The notes under the pieces are model-generated. The model ran no database searches. It saw nothing but the letters and a program-made list of their open reading frames with translations, and was not told the DNA's origin. DNA of 64,000 nucleotides, taken from assembly GCA_021798115.1 (NCBI GenBank), contig JAJZYM010000001.1, positions 44,421 through 108,420 of the forward strand. The letters run 5' to 3'. This stretch comes from Pseudomonadota bacterium (GTDB lineage: Bacteria > Pseudomonadota > Gammaproteobacteria > JAKAQQ01). Made by a program: the position numbers and the translations under genes. This document shows positions 30,778-40,337 of this stretch, one piece after another. Position 1 is the stretch's first letter. Every line of letters starts with the position of its first letter.

Positions 30778-31994
30778 GATTCGAAACGGGGATCGACAGC
30801 GCGCGCGAAGAGGGCTCGCGTTGCGCGGTAACCGATCGATCGAGCATACCAGCAACGGGCCGCTTCCGCCAGGGGGCGGAGTCGTTCAGGCTCATCCACG
30901 AGAAGCAGGCGAAGAGCGCCCACGAACGCCGCGCGATCCCCGGCCGGAACACTCACGCCCGCCCCGCTCCGTGCGAGAAGATCGGCGGTGTCGCCCGTCC
31001 CCGCAAAGAGCACGGGGCAGCCTTGCGCCAGATAATCGTAGACCTTGCTTGGCAGAGCCTCCGCAAAGAAAGGAACGGGGACATAAGCGTGCAAGCCCAG
31101 GGCGCAGCGCGCAAGCACCGCCCGGCAGATCCGTCTCGGGAGCGCCCCGAGCGCGTGGACGTTCGCCCCGCAGGCTCGGGCCCGCGCGACGAGCGGCGCT
31201 TTTTCCCCCGCCCCGATCATGAGCAGCCCCACCTCGGGGCAATCGGCAAGCGCCGCAAAGGCGTCCAGAAGAAACGCAACGTCGTTGGCGCGACCGTAAC
31301 CTCCGGCGTACACCGCCCAGCGACGGACTCCTTCGGGCAGGGGCGGCAGAGGGACCTCCCCCGCAGGCATGGACGGTGGAGCATCCGGAGCCAGATAGAC
31401 GTCGGCGTTCGGGAGCAGCGTGAGCTTCTCCTCGGGCACGCCCTCGGCACGCAAGCGGCGTCGTTGTCCCGGCGTCGCGACGAGAAGGTGATCGGCACGC
31501 CGGCGCAGACGTCGGGCCAGCGCGCCGAGAAGACGGGTCACGGCTCCCGGGCGCAGCACTCCCAGGGCCAGGGCCGTCTCGGGGTAAAGATCGCGTTCGT
31601 CGAGCACGAGCCGAGCGCGCTTGAGACGCGCCAGACCGGAAGCCAGAGGCACAAGGGGGAAGGGATCGGTGCCGACGAAGACCACCGAACAGGAGCCCGT
31701 CGCGACGCCGGCGAGCACGAAGGCACCCACAGCAAAAAGCCCGTAATGGAGGACGCGTCGGAGCAGGCTCCGACGGTGGTCGACGAGCCCCGGGGCTCTG
31801 AGGATCCGCAGATCCGGGTCCGCCGGCCGCCGGGCCAGCGCACGGCCCGTCATGTAATTCGTGCGGGCGGTGACGACGGTGACCCGCCAGCCCAGATCAC
31901 GAAGGAGACGAACCTCCATCCACGGCCGAAAGGCGCCCACGTCCTCATCGTCCGGAAGGTGATAGCTCAAAACCAGGACGTGCGGTCGACTCAC
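30768..31994 (-). CDS. glycosyltransferase family 4 (GT-B)
   Basis: 408 aa whose C-terminal half has GT4 features (...VYAGGYGRANDV...PSKVYDYLAQGCPVLF...). The GTG start overlaps the TGA of the upstream gene. Confidence 0.7.
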   Translation of the reverse strand: MSRPHVLVLSYHLPDDEDVGAFRPWMEVRLLRDLGWRVTVVTARTNYMTGRALARRPADPDLRILRAPGLVDHRRSLLRRVLHYGLFAVGAFVLAGVATGSCSVVFVGTDPFPLVPLASGLARLKRARLVLDERDLYPETALALGVLRPGAVTRLLGALARRLRRRADHLLVATPGQRRRLRAEGVPEEKLTLLPNADVYLAPDAPPSMPAGEVPLPPLPEGVRRWAVYAGGYGRANDVAFLLDAFAALADCPEVGLLMIGAGEKAPLVARARACGANVHALGALPRRICRAVLARCALGLHAYVPVPFFAEALPSKVYDYLAQGCPVLFAGTGDTADLLARSGAGVSVPAGDRAAFVGALRLLLVDEPERLRPLAEAARCWYARSIGYRATRALFARAVDPRFESSS

Positions 31995-33109
31995 CGTCCG
32001 GCCAAGGCCTCGCGGACAGCGGCCACAATGCGGGCCACGTCTTCGTCCGTCAGTCCGTGGTGAACGGGAAGCGACAGGACACGGGCGGCCAGGGTCTCGG
32101 TCACCGGGCAGGGGGGTGCGGCGGAACCCAGCGCGGCAAACACGGGCTGCTGGTGCACGCCACGCGGGTAATGAACAGCGCTTGGAACACCCCGTGCCGC
32201 GAGACGACGGGCGAGTTCGTCGCGGTCCATCCCCGCGGCGTCGGGGTCGACGACGATCGTGTACTGGTGCCAGGCGTGCACCCCCCCCGTGGTCACCGTC
32301 GGCAACCGCAGTCCCGCAAGGTCCGCCAGACCTTCCCCAAGCAGTCGGGCGTTCCGCGCCCGCCGCTCAAGCATCGCCGGGAGACGGCGAAGCTGACTGC
32401 GGCCGATCGCCGCTTCGACGTCGGTCATGCGGTAGTTGTAGCCGAGAACGGTGTGGAGATATTTGCCGGACTGACCGTGGCTGCGCAGAAGGCGCAGACG
32501 CTGGGCCAGTTCGCCGTCCCCGGTAGTGATCATCCCGCCTTCACCGACGAACAGGTTTTTCGACGGGTAGAAGGAATAGCAGACGGCGTCACCGAGGGCG
32601 CCCACGTCGCGCCCGTGGCATCGGGCCCCGTGCGCCTGAGCGGCGTCGTAGATCAAGAAAAGACCGTGCTCGCGGGCGAAGGCGGCGTAGTCCTCATGCA
32701 CACAGGGGTTGCCGTAAAGATGAACGGGAGCGATCGCCCGTGTGCGGGGACCGAGACGGCGGCGGGCATCGTCAAGATCAAGATGGAACGTGACCGGATC
32801 GACATCGCAGGCGACGACTTTTGCGCCGACAAGCGCCGCCATGGAGGCCGTGGCGACGAACGTAAACGAGGGAACGAGGATCTCGTCGCCCGGCCGGAGG
32901 AGAGCGTGGTAAACGAGGTGGAGCGCGGCCGACCCGTTCGCGCAGCTCACGGCGTGCGCGGCGCCGGTGGCGGCGGCGAATTCCTTCTCGAAGGCGGCAC
33001 ACTCGGGTCCTTCGCGCAACGCACCGGAACGCAGCACAGCGACGGCCGCCGCAATGTCCTCTTCGGAGAGGACGATCTGGGCCATGGACAGGGGACGGGT
33101 CTGATTCAC
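31991..33109 (-). CDS. DegT-family sugar aminotransferase (WbpE/WlbC-like, UDP-3-keto-sugar transaminase)
   Basis: ...VSCANGSAALHLVY...EILVPSFTFVATAS...YSFYPSKNLFVGEGG... at 372 aa. The ATG overlaps the stop of the upstream oxidoreductase. Confidence 0.75.
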   Translation of the reverse strand: MNQTRPLSMAQIVLSEEDIAAAVAVLRSGALREGPECAAFEKEFAAATGAAHAVSCANGSAALHLVYHALLRPGDEILVPSFTFVATASMAALVGAKVVACDVDPVTFHLDLDDARRRLGPRTRAIAPVHLYGNPCVHEDYAAFAREHGLFLIYDAAQAHGARCHGRDVGALGDAVCYSFYPSKNLFVGEGGMITTGDGELAQRLRLLRSHGQSGKYLHTVLGYNYRMTDVEAAIGRSQLRRLPAMLERRARNARLLGEGLADLAGLRLPTVTTGGVHAWHQYTIVVDPDAAGMDRDELARRLAARGVPSAVHYPRGVHQQPVFAALGSAAPPCPVTETLAARVLSLPVHHGLTDEDVARIVAAVREALAGR

Positions 33110-34104
33110 GAAAGAGCCTCAAGTTGATCGAGCAGGGTATGAAGGGGAACCGATTCATCGAAACCCGCGACGGGCGGAGGCGTTTGGGCCCGCGCCGCGT
33201 CGAGAAACACGCGGGCCTGGCGGAGATAGAGGTCGTCGCCGGGCGGGGGGAGTACCGTGCGGCCGGCGCTGTAGTCCCCGCCCCCACCCAGACTGTGGAC
33301 ATACGAAGGACGGTCGGCTTCGATCGACCCCCAGAACGTACCACGCTCGCCCTCGAGCTCGACGAACTGGACGAACCCGGGGCTCAGGAGGTCGCACGCC
33401 ACATGGAACGGGCGTCCCTCCCGGTCCACGTAGAGGAGAAGCACGGCATCTTCGGCGTCGGCCGCCACGTCTTCGCCATCGATTCGGCGCCGTCCTCGGA
33501 GCAGACGGCGATCCAGCAGGCGGACTTCGCGCGGAGGGCCAACGTACCAGAGCAGAAGATCGAGCATGTGGACCGCCATCTCGCGCAGCGCCCCACCTCC
33601 CTCATCCCGCCGGTGCTTCCACGCGCGGTGCGAGCCCCGCCCGCCGAGACGGAACCAGCCGTGGACGAGTCCGCCAAGAGGGCCCGCTCCGGGATCATCC
33701 TGCGCCAGCCGGCAAAGGCGCCGTCCTTCGGCGAACACAGCGGCGTGACGGTAGAGATAGCCCACCATCCCCACGAGACGGCGCTTTCGTGCGTCGTCAG
33801 CCAAAGACGCGGCTTCGGCAGCGTTGCCCGCAAGAGGCTTTTCACACAAGCAGTGTTTGCCGGCGGCCAGAGCCTGGGCCACAAGATCGGCGTGGCTCGG
33901 CGTTGGCGTGGCCACAACCACAGCTTGGGCGCGATCGCTCCACACCGCCGCGACGTCCAGGGGGTCGAGACCGAGACGCTGGGCCAGATCCCGCGCCCGT
34001 CCCGGGTCGGCGTCGGCGACGGCGATGCGCTCGACACCGGCGGCCCGGAACGCCCGGGCGTGCTTTTCTGCCTGTTTTCCCGCTCCGAGGATTGCGATGT
34101 CCAT
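33106..34104 (-). CDS. Gfo/Idh/MocA-family NAD-dependent oxidoreductase (WbpB/WlbA-like UDP-sugar 3-dehydrogenase)
   Basis: [19 protein letters not shown]...AVVVATPTPSHADLVAQALAAGKHCLCEKP matches the Rossmann and EKP motif. Confidence 0.7.
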   Translation of the reverse strand: MDIAILGAGKQAEKHARAFRAAGVERIAVADADPGRARDLAQRLGLDPLDVAAVWSDRAQAVVVATPTPSHADLVAQALAAGKHCLCEKPLAGNAAEAASLADDARKRRLVGMVGYLYRHAAVFAEGRRLCRLAQDDPGAGPLGGLVHGWFRLGGRGSHRAWKHRRDEGGGALREMAVHMLDLLLWYVGPPREVRLLDRRLLRGRRRIDGEDVAADAEDAVLLLYVDREGRPFHVACDLLSPGFVQFVELEGERGTFWGSIEADRPSYVHSLGGGGDYSAGRTVLPPPGDDLYLRQARVFLDAARAQTPPPVAGFDESVPLHTLLDQLEALS

Positions 34105-34739
34105 CAGGTCTCAGCCTCGTCCTCGAGCCAGCGGTCCCAGGAGCGTGCGCGGTTGCGCTCGCGCAGGGACGCGGGCAGCGGGACCCAGCGGGCCGGCACA
34201 CCGCGAACGAGCATCCCGGGCGGTACGTCCTTGGTCACGACGGCTCCGGCCGCGACAAAGCTTCCCGCACCGATGCGGACGCCCGGGCAGATCACCACAC
34301 CGGCGCCCAGCGTGACGTCGTCCTCGAGAATGGGCCCTTCGGGCCGGTAGGTCGCCCGCTGCCGCAGCGGGTAGCGATCGTTGGTGAGCGTCGCGTGAGG
34401 GCCGAGAAACACCCGACTCCCGATCGTGGTGTCGGTGGGAATGTAGCAGCCCGTCTCGATCTTGACGAAATCGCCGATGCGGGTGCGCCCGTCGAGGACA
34501 CTTGCCGTTCCCACCATGACGTGGGCCCCAAGGACCGTTTCCTCACGGATGAGCACGTTGTGGCCGGTGGCAAAATCCTCCCCCGCACGGACATCACCGT
34601 AGATGATTGTCCCGGAACGGATGCGGGCACCGCCCTCAAGAACGAAGGGGCCGCACTCAGGACGGTAACGCACGCCGAGTCGGCAACCCGGATCCACCTC
34701 GGGGGGGATGGCCGCCTGAAGATAATGCTCGTCACCCAC
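34104..34739 (-). CDS. left-handed beta-helix (hexapeptide-repeat) N-acetyltransferase (WbpD/WlbB-like)
   Basis: Hexapeptide repeats run throughout (…[61 protein letters not shown]…). Confidence 0.7.
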   Translation of the reverse strand: MGDEHYLQAAIPPEVDPGCRLGVRYRPECGPFVLEGGARIRSGTIIYGDVRAGEDFATGHNVLIREETVLGAHVMVGTASVLDGRTRIGDFVKIETGCYIPTDTTIGSRVFLGPHATLTNDRYPLRQRATYRPEGPILEDDVTLGAGVVICPGVRIGAGSFVAAGAVVTKDVPPGMLVRGVPARWVPLPASLRERNRARSWDRWLEDEAET

Positions 34740-34791
34740 CGCTCAGATCCTCGAAACACCACGCCGAGAGACGGCGGAGACGGGTGCAATT

Positions 34792-35427
34792 TTACACGCC
34801 CGACGCGAGTCCCTCACAGGGAAGTTCGGCACGGAGCGCGGCGAGGACCTCGCGCGCACGGGCCCCCGGCAGTCGTGTGGGATCGTCGAGCACGGCTTCA
34901 AGATCCTCGACGGCGCGCCCGAGCTCGTCGTTCACCACGAGGTGGTCGTACTCCGGGGCGTGCTCAAGGACGGTCCGTGCGTCCATGAAACGGCGCGCGA
35001 GTGCCTGGGGGTCATCGGTCCCGCGCGCACGTAGGCGTCGCTCAAGCTCGGCGCAGGAAGGGGGAAGAACGAGGATCGGGATGGCCTCCGGAAGCACCGT
35101 CCGCACCTGTCGGGCGCCTTGCCAATCGATATCGAGCAGGACGTCATCGCCCCGCGCCCGAGCCAAGGCGACAGGCCGAGCCGGGGTTCCGTAGCCGTTG
35201 CCAAACACCCAGGCGTACTCGAGAAGATCCCCAGCCTTGGCGAGGCGCCGGAATTCCTCTTCCGACACGAAATGGTAATCCCGTCCCTCCACCTCGCCCG
35301 AGCGCGGCGGCCGCGTGGTGCATGAGACCGAGAAACGCAGAGACGGACGCCGGGCCAGAAGGGCACGGACAAGCGTGGTTTTCCCAGCTCCCGAAGGGGC
35401 GCTCAGGATGAAGACCCGCCCACTCAC
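34792..35427 (-). CDS. gmk: guanylate kinase
   Basis: VFILSAPSGAGKTTLVRALL...SVSCTTRPPRSGEVEGRDYHFVS. Confidence 0.9.
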   Translation of the reverse strand: MSGRVFILSAPSGAGKTTLVRALLARRPSLRFSVSCTTRPPRSGEVEGRDYHFVSEEEFRRLAKAGDLLEYAWVFGNGYGTPARPVALARARGDDVLLDIDWQGARQVRTVLPEAIPILVLPPSCAELERRLRARGTDDPQALARRFMDARTVLEHAPEYDHLVVNDELGRAVEDLEAVLDDPTRLPGARAREVLAALRAELPCEGLASGV

Positions 35428-36506
35428 GACCGGCCGCCTTCCCGAATCCGTGACGAGACCGTGCGCACCGTCTCCACGAGGACCGCCACGCGCGCCGGAT
35501 CGACGTCCGGAAGAATGCCCTGTGCCAGATTGAAAACATGCCCCGTGCGCGGGCCGTAGGCTTCGAGCAGCCGTGACGCCTCACGACGAACGTGCTCGTC
35601 TCCGCCGTAGAGAACGTAGGGATCGAGATTCCCCTGGAGGGCGCAGCACCCTCCGAGAGCATCGTGGATGTCCTCGAGATTGTGACTTCCGTCGACCCCC
35701 AATGCGTCGAATCCACGATCGGCGAGGGCGCGGAAGCGGTTAAGCGCACCCCCTCGGGTATAAAACACGAGAGGAACCCCCTGCGCCTCGGGATGCGCGC
35801 GGAATTCCTCGATGAGAAGGTCCAGAACAGGGACGATGAGGCACTCGTGCGTGGCGTGGTCAAGGAGCCCGCCCCAGGTGTCAAAGATCATCGCCACACG
35901 GGCTCCCGCCTCCACCTGAAGCGCGGTGTGATGCGCAATGTCCCGGGCGAAGCGTTCGAGAAGCCTCCTCATGAAGTCCGGCTCGCGGTGAACAAGTGTC
36001 CGGGCCAGGGCGAATTCCCTATCCCCGCCCCCCCCGAGGGCGTAACACGCCAGCGTCCAGGGTGAGGCAGCAAACCCGACGAGAGGCACGGACGGCGGCA
36101 ATTCCCGCACCACAAGGCGGACGGTCTCGTACACGTAGGAGAGCGAGGCGTCAAGGCTCTCGCGGGCCGGGAGAGCCTGGAGGTCACGTTCCGCCGCGAT
36201 CGGCCGTTCGAGTCGCGGCCCCTCTCCCTCCCGAAAGTGGAACCCGAGTCCCCAGGCGTCGGCAAGAGCCAAAATGTCGGAGAAAACCACCGCCGCATCA
36301 AGAGCAAACCGCCGCAGCGGCTGGAGCGTGACTTCGACCGCCCGTTCGGGCGTACGGAGCAAGGTCAGGAAACTCCCGGCCGCGCGCCGCGCCTCGCGGT
36401 ATTCGGGAAGGTAGCGCCCGGCCTGACGCATGATCCAAAGCGGAGTGCGCGGAACGGGTTCACGCCGCAAAGCGCGCAACAGAAGCGGCTCGTCGGCTTC
36501 CGTCAC
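35424..36506 (-). CDS. hemE: uroporphyrinogen decarboxylase
   Basis: ...TPLWIMRQAGRYLPEYRE... with the URO-D signature. GTG at 36506 overlaps the pyrF TGA (GTGA), which is preferred over the ATG at 36533. Confidence 0.85.
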   Translation of the reverse strand: MTEADEPLLLRALRREPVPRTPLWIMRQAGRYLPEYREARRAAGSFLTLLRTPERAVEVTLQPLRRFALDAAVVFSDILALADAWGLGFHFREGEGPRLERPIAAERDLQALPARESLDASLSYVYETVRLVVRELPPSVPLVGFAASPWTLACYALGGGGDREFALARTLVHREPDFMRRLLERFARDIAHHTALQVEAGARVAMIFDTWGGLLDHATHECLIVPVLDLLIEEFRAHPEAQGVPLVFYTRGGALNRFRALADRGFDALGVDGSHNLEDIHDALGGCCALQGNLDPYVLYGGDEHVRREASRLLEAYGPRTGHVFNLAQGILPDVDPARVAVLVETVRTVSSRIREGGRS

Positions 36507-37222
36507 GACGTCTCCCGCCGCGCCGCGCGCCAAACACTGTTGATGGCGGCCAGCGCGCTCCTCGGATCAGCCGCGTCGCGCACCGGCCGCCCCACCACGA
36601 TGTGATCCGCTCCGGCGCGGGCCGCATCCTCCACACTCGCGGTCCTTTTCTGGTCGTCGATCGGCTCCTCGCGGTTGAGCACGGGGCGCACGCCCGGCGT
36701 CACCACGAGAAGACGAGGGCCAAGGGTGGCACGGAGCTGCGCGGCTTCCCGAACCGAAGCCACGACACCGTCGGCACCCGCCTCAAGCGCGCGTCGCGCC
36801 CGAGAGAGAACGAGACTCGGAATATCGCAACCAAACCCAAGGTCACGCACGTCCCCTTCGTCAAGGCAGGTGAGCACGGTCACCGCCAGCACCCGGCTCC
36901 GCCCGCGGGCGGCGGCGACGGCGGCCTCAAGAATAGCCTGATTCCCGTGCACGGTTAGAAAGTCAACACCGCGAGCCACCAAACTGGTGACGGCCCGCGC
37001 AACGGTCGCCGGGATGTCGAAAAGCTTGACGTCGGCGAAGATCGCCTTGCCTCTTGCCCGCAACGCGTCGGCCACAACCCAGAAGTCGCCTCCGACCAGG
37101 AGTTCCAGTCCAAGCTTATAGATTTGGGCCTCGTCGCCCAAGCGATCCGCCAAATCGAGTGCCCGTGCCGCGTCGGGGACGTCGAGCGCCACAATCACGG
37201 ATCCCTGCGCCGCGCCGCTCAC
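36503..37222 (-). CDS. pyrF: orotidine 5'-phosphate decarboxylase
   Basis: VIVALDVPDAARALDLADRLGDEAQIYKLGLEL...ADVKLFDIPATVARA...LTVHG. Confidence 0.85.
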   Translation of the reverse strand: MSGAAQGSVIVALDVPDAARALDLADRLGDEAQIYKLGLELLVGGDFWVVADALRARGKAIFADVKLFDIPATVARAVTSLVARGVDFLTVHGNQAILEAAVAAARGRSRVLAVTVLTCLDEGDVRDLGFGCDIPSLVLSRARRALEAGADGVVASVREAAQLRATLGPRLLVVTPGVRPVLNREEPIDDQKRTASVEDAARAGADHIVVGRPVRDAADPRSALAAINSVWRAARRETS

Positions 37223-38313
37223 ACTTCACTCTCCGTGTGCCGCACGCCGAAAGTCTCGGCCAGAACAGCACTGAGAAGAAGCTCGTCGTACTCTGCAGTC
37301 ATCACCGCACGTCCCAGCGCTTCGAGAAGGATGAGCCGTAGTTTACCCGCCCGGACTTTCTTGTCCCTCGCCATGAGGGCGCGAATCTCTCTCGGGTCGG
37401 CCGGAGGCGGTACGGTCGGAAGCCCCAAAACCTCAAGAAGGGCTGACACCCGCGCCCGTTCCGCCGCCCCGAGCCAACCCACACGTTGCGAGCACTCGGC
37501 CGCGAGATCGAGCCCCACGGCGACCGCTTCTCCGTGGAGCCAGCGGGCATAGCCGTCGTGCGTTTCGATAGCGTGCGCGAACGTGTGCCCAAGGTTGAGA
37601 AGAGCCCGACGGTTCTCCTCGTAGGGATCTTGGGTGACGACCGTCACCTTGTGGTGAATCGAACGGGTCACGGCCTCGTTCACCTCCTCGGGTCGGCGTT
37701 GCACAAGAAACACCGCGTGATCCTCGAGCCAGGAGAAAAAGTCGGCGTCGAAGGCCAGAGCGTACTTGAGAACCTCCGCGAGCCCGGCGCGGTAGTGCCG
37801 ATCCAAAAGCGTGCTGAGAAGACCAACGTCGACGACGACGAGCGTCGGAAAGAAGAAGGTTCCAAGGGCGTTCTTGGCCAACGGATGATCGACGCCGGTT
37901 TTGCCGCCCAGCGCGGCGTCGACCTGCGCCAAAAGTGTCGTCGGCACAAGGGCGTATTCGACCCCCCTCAGGTAGATCGAGGCGACGAAACCGGTGAGAT
38001 CGCCCACCATGCCGCCCCCCAACCCGATGAGCAGGACGTCGCGCCCGAAACCTTCGCGCAATAATCGTCCGGCCACCGCGTGAGCGGTGCGGGCGGTCTT
38101 GGTGCGCTCTCCGTCCGGCAGAACGATCGATAGCCGCCGCCGCGGGCGCAACACCATCTCGAGCCTCGAAAGATGATGTTTCGCCACCTCCCGGTCGCTC
38201 ACGATGACGACGTCACGCCCTTCCGCCAGCGCGCTCAAGGGACCACCCACGGCAAAGGCGTCCGCCGCGAGCACGATCTCCGAGCGGGCACGCGGAGGGG
38301 GCGGAGCGATCAC
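37219..38313 (-). CDS. aroB: 3-dehydroquinate synthase
   Basis: ...LIGLGGGMVGDLTGFVASIYLRGVEYALVPTTLLAQVDAALGGKTGVDHPLAKN...NLGHTFAHAIE.... GTG at 38313 overlaps the aroK TGA. Confidence 0.85.
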   Translation of the reverse strand: MIAPPPPRARSEIVLAADAFAVGGPLSALAEGRDVVIVSDREVAKHHLSRLEMVLRPRRRLSIVLPDGERTKTARTAHAVAGRLLREGFGRDVLLIGLGGGMVGDLTGFVASIYLRGVEYALVPTTLLAQVDAALGGKTGVDHPLAKNALGTFFFPTLVVVDVGLLSTLLDRHYRAGLAEVLKYALAFDADFFSWLEDHAVFLVQRRPEEVNEAVTRSIHHKVTVVTQDPYEENRRALLNLGHTFAHAIETHDGYARWLHGEAVAVGLDLAAECSQRVGWLGAAERARVSALLEVLGLPTVPPPADPREIRALMARDKKVRAGKLRLILLEALGRAVMTAEYDELLLSAVLAETFGVRHTESEV

Positions 38314-38870
38314 CCAGTTTGTGTGCACGGCACCTTCCATCCCCGCTCGGCCAGATCCGCAAGAATCCGCATCGTCACTTCCTCGGGAGTGCGCCCGGTG
38401 GTGTCCACAACCAAGTGAGCCAGTGCTTCGTAATGAGGAACGCGGGCGGCGTTAATCGGGGCCAGCACATCCAGCCCACGGGAAAGCAAAGGGCGTACGG
38501 TGTCTCTGGCCAGTCTCTTCCGTTGTTCCTCCTCCGTGACCGCGCAATAAACCACGGTTGTCTTCCGGGCGAGAAGAAGGCGGTTTCGGGCGAGGAGCAC
38601 AACCCCCCCTCCGGGCGTCAGAACACAGGGTGAGGCCTCAAGAACGCTTCTCAAAAGCTGGCTTTCCCAGCGACGAAATTCTCGCTCCCTGCCCGTGGCA
38701 AAGAGCGACGTGATGGGCATCCCGAGGCGCTCCTCGAGAAGACGATCGAGATCCACATGTGAGCGCCCCAGGCGACGGGCCAGAAGTTCGCCTACGGTGG
38801 TCTTCCCGGCCCCCATCGGGCCGATCAAACAGAGCGTCGTGTCCCGGACGGAACGCCGCGACTCCGTCAC
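38310..38870 (-). CDS. aroK: shikimate kinase
   Basis: LCLIGPMGAGKTTVGELLARRL is a Walker A motif. The protein is 186 aa and its ATG overlaps the upstream stop. Confidence 0.85.
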   Translation of the reverse strand: MTESRRSVRDTTLCLIGPMGAGKTTVGELLARRLGRSHVDLDRLLEERLGMPITSLFATGREREFRRWESQLLRSVLEASPCVLTPGGGVVLLARNRLLLARKTTVVYCAVTEEEQRKRLARDTVRPLLSRGLDVLAPINAARVPHYEALAHLVVDTTGRTPEEVTMRILADLAERGWKVPCTQTG

Positions 38871-40300
38871 GGACGCGGGTTGGGCGTCCCGTCCGTCACC
38901 CGTTCGCTCAGAATCCCCCCGGGGGTATGGCTCAGAACCTCAAGACGGGCGTCCCGACCATAGACCTGGACGGTGTAGCACCCTCGCTCGGCATCGGCGC
39001 CGAAAAGGCAGGATCCGCTAGGCGCCAGAACATTCGGAACGACAGCGACCCGAGGGGCCACAACACGCCCTCCAATAGCCCGGAACTCGAGACGGGTCCC
39101 GGCCGGGAGAGAACGCCCGCCAGCGGAGGTGACCGAAACAAGAGCGCTATAGCCACCGACCAACGGACGGCGTGAGACGAGGCGAATATGAACTCTGTCC
39201 CCGACGACGGCGAAAACGGCACGGCCCCTCAGAGGAGACCCAGCCTCTTCGGTCCGTGCACGAACCCAAACCTTCCCGTACCCCTCCGAAGCCAGCGTCG
39301 AGGCGTTTTCCTTCCAGAGGACACGGCATTGCCCATCACGGAGGACACAGCTCCGGAGAAGAGTCCCGCGGCTGGCTCTCAGGACGATTTTTGTCCCGTC
39401 GGCAAGAGGTATGCCCTGGCTCCCGTTGGCAACGATGAGGAGGGATTCGGACGCACGACCGTCCAGCGTTCCAAGGTTCAGAACGGTCGGGACCACGGAG
39501 AGAGAGGCCGTCTGGATAGAGGCAGCAGCATGAAAGGCTTCCGACACACTTCCGACGCCAGGCCCGTTTCTACCGACCAACCGGGCCAGGACCCGAACCG
39601 ACCCGCCGACGGCGGGGACGGTCAGCATCCCAAAAACTGTTCCTCCCGGACCGCTGCGTACAAAGTGGGTGCTCAACAGGCTCTGTGACCCACCGAGTAC
39701 GGAGAGTGCAACGGAGCGCCCGGGTTCGGGCGTGCCTTGCGGATTGCGGACAATGAAACCGACACGGACGGCCGTCCCTGGACTTATGAAACGCGGCGGA
39801 GCATCGACCCGTGGCACAACCGCATCGACCACGGCGGGCGACGAGGAGGAGATCGTGATGGTTCCGACCGCGATGAGATTGGAGCCGTTCACCTGGGCCG
39901 TGGCTTGAATGGTGTCGGTCCCGCTGCATCCGGTTCCCGCATTGTACGTGGCCACCGCTTCGCCCGAGGCATTGGTCGTCACGCTGGAGGTGATCGTCGC
40001 CTCCTTGTTAAGCACACAGTTCGAGCTGAAGTTCACCGTTGTGGGGACCGTGTACGCCGCTCCGGTGCTGTACTGGAGCACGGCGGTCACGGTGGCCGTT
40101 CCTCCGGGGGCAATCGTCGACGGACTCACGGCAAGGGCGCCGCTGGTGAAGGCTCCGTTTACCACGCTGCCCATCTCGAGCTGACCCGCGGCTTGGGAGG
40201 TCGAAGTAAAGCCCTGGCTCCCGCCGCAGGCGGCCAACAAAAGGAGAAGTCCTGAGGCAAGGAAGAGACGGAGAGCGGGACGGGACGTTGTGGCGTTCAT
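38867..40300 (-). CDS. lipoprotein with repeated Ig-like (Big-type) beta domains, function unknown
   Basis: Signal peptide with lipobox LLLLAACGG. The Ser/Thr/Gly/Val-rich beta-strand repeats contain Cys pairs. It sits between pilQ and aroK, co-directional and abutting both. Confidence 0.5.
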   Translation of the reverse strand: MNATTSRPALRLFLASGLLLLLAACGGSQGFTSTSQAAGQLEMGSVVNGAFTSGALAVSPSTIAPGGTATVTAVLQYSTGAAYTVPTTVNFSSNCVLNKEATITSSVTTNASGEAVATYNAGTGCSGTDTIQATAQVNGSNLIAVGTITISSSSPAVVDAVVPRVDAPPRFISPGTAVRVGFIVRNPQGTPEPGRSVALSVLGGSQSLLSTHFVRSGPGGTVFGMLTVPAVGGSVRVLARLVGRNGPGVGSVSEAFHAAASIQTASLSVVPTVLNLGTLDGRASESLLIVANGSQGIPLADGTKIVLRASRGTLLRSCVLRDGQCRVLWKENASTLASEGYGKVWVRARTEEAGSPLRGRAVFAVVGDRVHIRLVSRRPLVGGYSALVSVTSAGGRSLPAGTRLEFRAIGGRVVAPRVAVVPNVLAPSGSCLFGADAERGCYTVQVYGRDARLEVLSHTPGGILSERVTDGTPNPRP

Positions 40301-40337
40301 GGGGGCTTCTCCGGAACGGAAACGGCGCGGGACGAAA

